Made by a program: the position numbers and the translations under genes. A stretch of DNA of 64,000 nt from contig OZ024740.1 of assembly GCA_964016885.1 (NCBI GenBank), forward strand, positions 339,078,001 to 339,142,000, read 5' to 3'. Below the pieces are notes generated by a model. That model searched no databases and was not told the origin of the DNA. It saw only the letters and a list, made by a program, of their open reading frames with translations. The stretch is from Eledone cirrhosa (taxonomy: Eukaryota). How positions within the stretch are numbered: position 1 is the stretch's first letter; the number at the start of each line of letters is the position of its first letter. This document shows, one piece after another, positions 61,114-64,000 of the stretch.

Positions 61114-63500
61114 ATACTTGGGGAGGGTCATATTTGCGTAATATTGCCAGAGATTAATAACAGAACACACTCACTATTTGGTTGGTTTTCGCTTCTCGCT
61201 GTCCTTTATATCTGCGATCTAACTTACTCGGTCCTCAATGTTGCCATTGACTGACCGACGGTCAAAAATGATACAGATACAATATAGACACAAACACATA
61301 TATAGTTTACATAATTTACATAAATCTTTCGTTGCACATCTGCAACATCGTCAGTGGTGTTATATTTTTTCCTCCTGTTGTGTTGTATGTCTACGCCATG
61401 TTTTATTCAGTCTGTCTATATATTTATTTATTTATTTGCTTGTTTGTTTATTTTATTTTGTCTTCTTTGCGCATGCGTTTGCGTGTGGGTATAGTGTTAT
61501 GTGTGCTGTGTGACTAGTGTGTATAGTGTTGTGTCTGCTGGGTGACTAGTGTGTGTTTATGTGCTTGTTGTTATTGTGCTTGTATATGTATTTATTTATC
61601 TTATTTTATTTTATTTTATTTTATTTACTTATTTATACTTCTCTTAGGTCAGTGTTGTTTGTTGGGGTTTTGTTGTTGTTCCACTCATTCTTTCTGTTTA
61701 GCTTTGGTCTTATAATTTCTATTTCACTGGCCTCTCTTATTTGCCTATCTGCTGGGTCATTCCTATGTTTAGATATTATTCTAATTTCTATGTTGTCTAT
61801 GTTACCGTCATGTTGTTGTCTAGCATGTTCGTATAGTACTGACCCGTGTTTTCGTCCTTTTTGTTCCCCCCAGTGTTGGTCTATCCTTTCACCTATGCTA
61901 CGAGCTGTCTCACCTATGTATGTTGTTGTCATGTTTCTGCAAGTACCCTCTGTACATCTTATGCTATAGACTACGTTTCTAGTTTTACAGTTTATCCGGG
62001 GGTTCACCTTACATATGATACATTTCCTATTGGTACAGTGGGTTTTCTTAAAAGGGTAGGTTTTGCTGATCAGGGATGTTATGGTGGTTCCTGGCTTTTC
62101 TACCACCTTTATTTTTAAGTGGGTCTTTCTCAGGGCCTTTCTACACTGGTTAGCTAATTTCCCTCCAGGGGTGGCGTCCACAAACATGACACTCTGATAT
62201 CTCTGGTTGTCGTACCATGATGTGGCCTTCCCTATCTTATGTCTAGCCCTATCTAAGCTATTCCATGATTTGCTCCTGTATAATGGGCAAATACCTTTCA
62301 TGTCCAGTTCTATGAGGGTCTTATACTTTTCCATGGCTCCTTCGTATACTCTGACTCTGTCTCTTTGTTTGTAGCCAGAGAACTGCATGCGGTTGATGAA
62401 GTGTTGGATGTGTCTTTCCATTTCTGTTGGGTCGCACATGCTGGACACATTCTTCATCACTCGTACCAAATCTGCGATCAGAATATTAAACTTAGCACTA
62501 CTGGACATTGCTGAGTTTTTGAGTATCAGGTATTTGGAGGCCATGGGTTTAGCATAGTGTGAGTGGAGAATTTGGGCTCTCTCGTCTATAGTGTTAATCC
62601 AGAGTTCTGTGTCTAATACAGGTAGTCTATTGTTAGGGTGTTTGGAAGGGAAGTCGATAGTTACAGTTATACTCTGGTGTATGGAATTAGCTATCTGCTG
62701 GATGCTTTCCATCGTGCTACGTTCTAAATCAAACTTGTTAGTGCTCTCTAGTGGGGGTGTTCTTATAACTATATTGATATCGTCTACATAACGAGAGTAC
62801 ATGATGAGGTCTATGGAGCTTTCATTAAGGAGATCTTTAAGTCTCCTTTCCCACCATACCATGAAAAGGTTGGCAACATCACCAACTATGCTGACGCCGA
62901 TGGCTGCTCCCTCATTTTGGGTGTAGATTTTCTCATTGAACTTAAATATGTGGCCCTTTAGGGTAGTTTTGATACTAGCCCCTATTGCATGTGCGACCAT
63001 TTTTCTTACCTGATCAGTGTTTTGGGGGGTCCGTATAGCTTTGGTCCACCCAATCCACCTTCCCATGGGAGTCTTTTTTGCCATTGAGGTTATGGTAGGG
63101 GGTCTACCTCTTATAGGTCTTCTAGGGCAGAAACATCTAAGGTCATGGCTGTCTAGGTAGTCAGTGTCGTAGGTAAGTCTAAGTAGGAGGCCCAGTTCGT
63201 CTGTGTCGACGTCGCAGAATTCCACCTCACTCTCAATGATCATCTCCACACCTCTTTTCCCAGCAAAATCAATGTTAATGGATGGGTACAGTGACACCAC
63301 ATCCATGCTGCCTATTATGCAGTTGGATAGGCTCCTGTTTTTTGTTGCAGTCACTGATTCTGCTGAGGAGGTCCACTGTACTTTCACATACATCTGGGGA
63401 CATCTTAATTATGGGGCGTATAACCATTGAGAGGAAGTAGGAGATCCTGTAGTTGCTAGCTATATTAGCTCCGCATACGGGTCTTGTTGGTGGTCCTGTT
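61109..63500 (-). mobile_element. Nematis-like PLE, 5'-truncated, with 3' pseudo-LTR and HHR-like motif (61319-61358)
   Basis: RT-EN ORF followed by a 3' region ending at (TA)n; paralogue of 761-3375. Confidence 0.9.
61633..63393 (-). CDS. PLE RT + GIY-YIG polyprotein (open ~570 aa; the true frame continues upstream across a frameshift near 63340)
   Basis: GSMDVVSLYPSI, GAAIGVSIVGDVANLFMVWW, YSRYVDDI, CTNRKCIIC, NVVYSIRC...YIGETARSIGERIDQHW, RQIREA..I..IRPKLN. Confidence 0.9.
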   Translation of the reverse strand: MYVKVQWTSSAESVTATKNRSLSNCIIGSMDVVSLYPSINIDFAGKRGVEMIIESEVEFCDVDTDELGLLLRLTYDTDYLDSHDLRCFCPRRPIRGRPPTITSMAKKTPMGRWIGWTKAIRTPQNTDQVRKMVAHAIGASIKTTLKGHIFKFNEKIYTQNEGAAIGVSIVGDVANLFMVWWERRLKDLLNESSIDLIMYSRYVDDINIVIRTPPLESTNKFDLERSTMESIQQIANSIHQSITVTIDFPSKHPNNRLPVLDTELWINTIDERAQILHSHYAKPMASKYLILKNSAMSSSAKFNILIADLVRVMKNVSSMCDPTEMERHIQHFINRMQFSGYKQRDRVRVYEGAMEKYKTLIELDMKGICPLYRSKSWNSLDRARHKIGKATSWYDNQRYQSVMFVDATPGGKLANQCRKALRKTHLKIKVVEKPGTTITSLISKTYPFKKTHCTNRKCIICKVNPRINCKTRNVVYSIRCTEGTCRNMTTTYIGETARSIGERIDQHWGEQKGRKHGSVLYEHARQQHDGNIDNIEIRIISKHRNDPADRQIREASEIEIIRPKLNRKNEWNNNKTPTNNTDLREV

Positions 63501-63519
63501 ATCGGGTCGTCGACTGTCT

Positions 63520-64000
63520 TGAGGTCTTTGCATACAAGGGTGGTATGCCAACAACTTCCAGGCGTCTAACAATGGCATACCACCCTTGTATGGGCTCCGC
63601 AAAGACCACAAGACGCTGAGAAAGACCCACTTAAAAATAAAGGCGGTAGAAAAGCCAGGAACCACCATAAAATCCCTGATCAGCAAAACCTACCCTTTTA
63701 AGAAAACCCACTGTACCAATAGGAAATGTATCATATGTAAGGTGAACCCCCGGATAAACTTAAAACTAGAAACGTAGTCTATAGCATAAGATGTACAGAG
63801 GGTACTTGCAGAAACATGACAACAACATACATAGGTGAGACAGCTCGTAGCATAGGTGAAAGGATAGACCAACACTGGGGGGAACTAAAAGGACGAAAAA
63901 ACGGGTCAGTACTATACGAACATACTAGACAACAACATGACGGTAACATAGACAACATAGAAATTAGAATAATATCTAAACATAGGAATGACCCAGCAGA
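63520..64000 (+). mobile_element. Inverted rearranged pieces of the same PLE: upstream RT motif (PPLYGLRKDHK) fused to a copy of the EN region
   Basis: 63617-64000 is the reverse complement of ~61748-62133. Confidence 0.85.

Overview
AT-rich animal genomic DNA with no recognisable host gene. It is most likely cephalopod (octopus-like), inferred from the tRNA-derived SINE family and the very dense (TA)n/(GT)n tracts. Almost all long ORFs in the track are microsatellite artefacts. The real content is nested retroelements. (1) Truncated or rearranged Penelope-like elements (PLEs; RT plus C-terminal GIY-YIG) of about four lineages (Nematis-, Hydra-, Neptune- and Poseidon-like by motif inspection), inserted in (TA)n with typical inverted or tandem pseudo-LTRs. 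(2) R4/Dong-type RLE non-LTR elements in (TAA)n. (3) CR1/L2-type and RTE LINE fragments, a decayed hAT transposase, MITEs, about 15 SINE copies and a ~40-bp satellite. The standout signal is more than 20 type-I hammerhead ribozyme (HHR) motifs, intact or degenerate, from roughly ten sequence families, read by eye. Many lie in short non-coding cassettes bounded by (TA)n, arranged as tandem (retrozyme-like) or inverted pairs. Clade names and ribozyme activity are inferences, and element boundaries are approximate.
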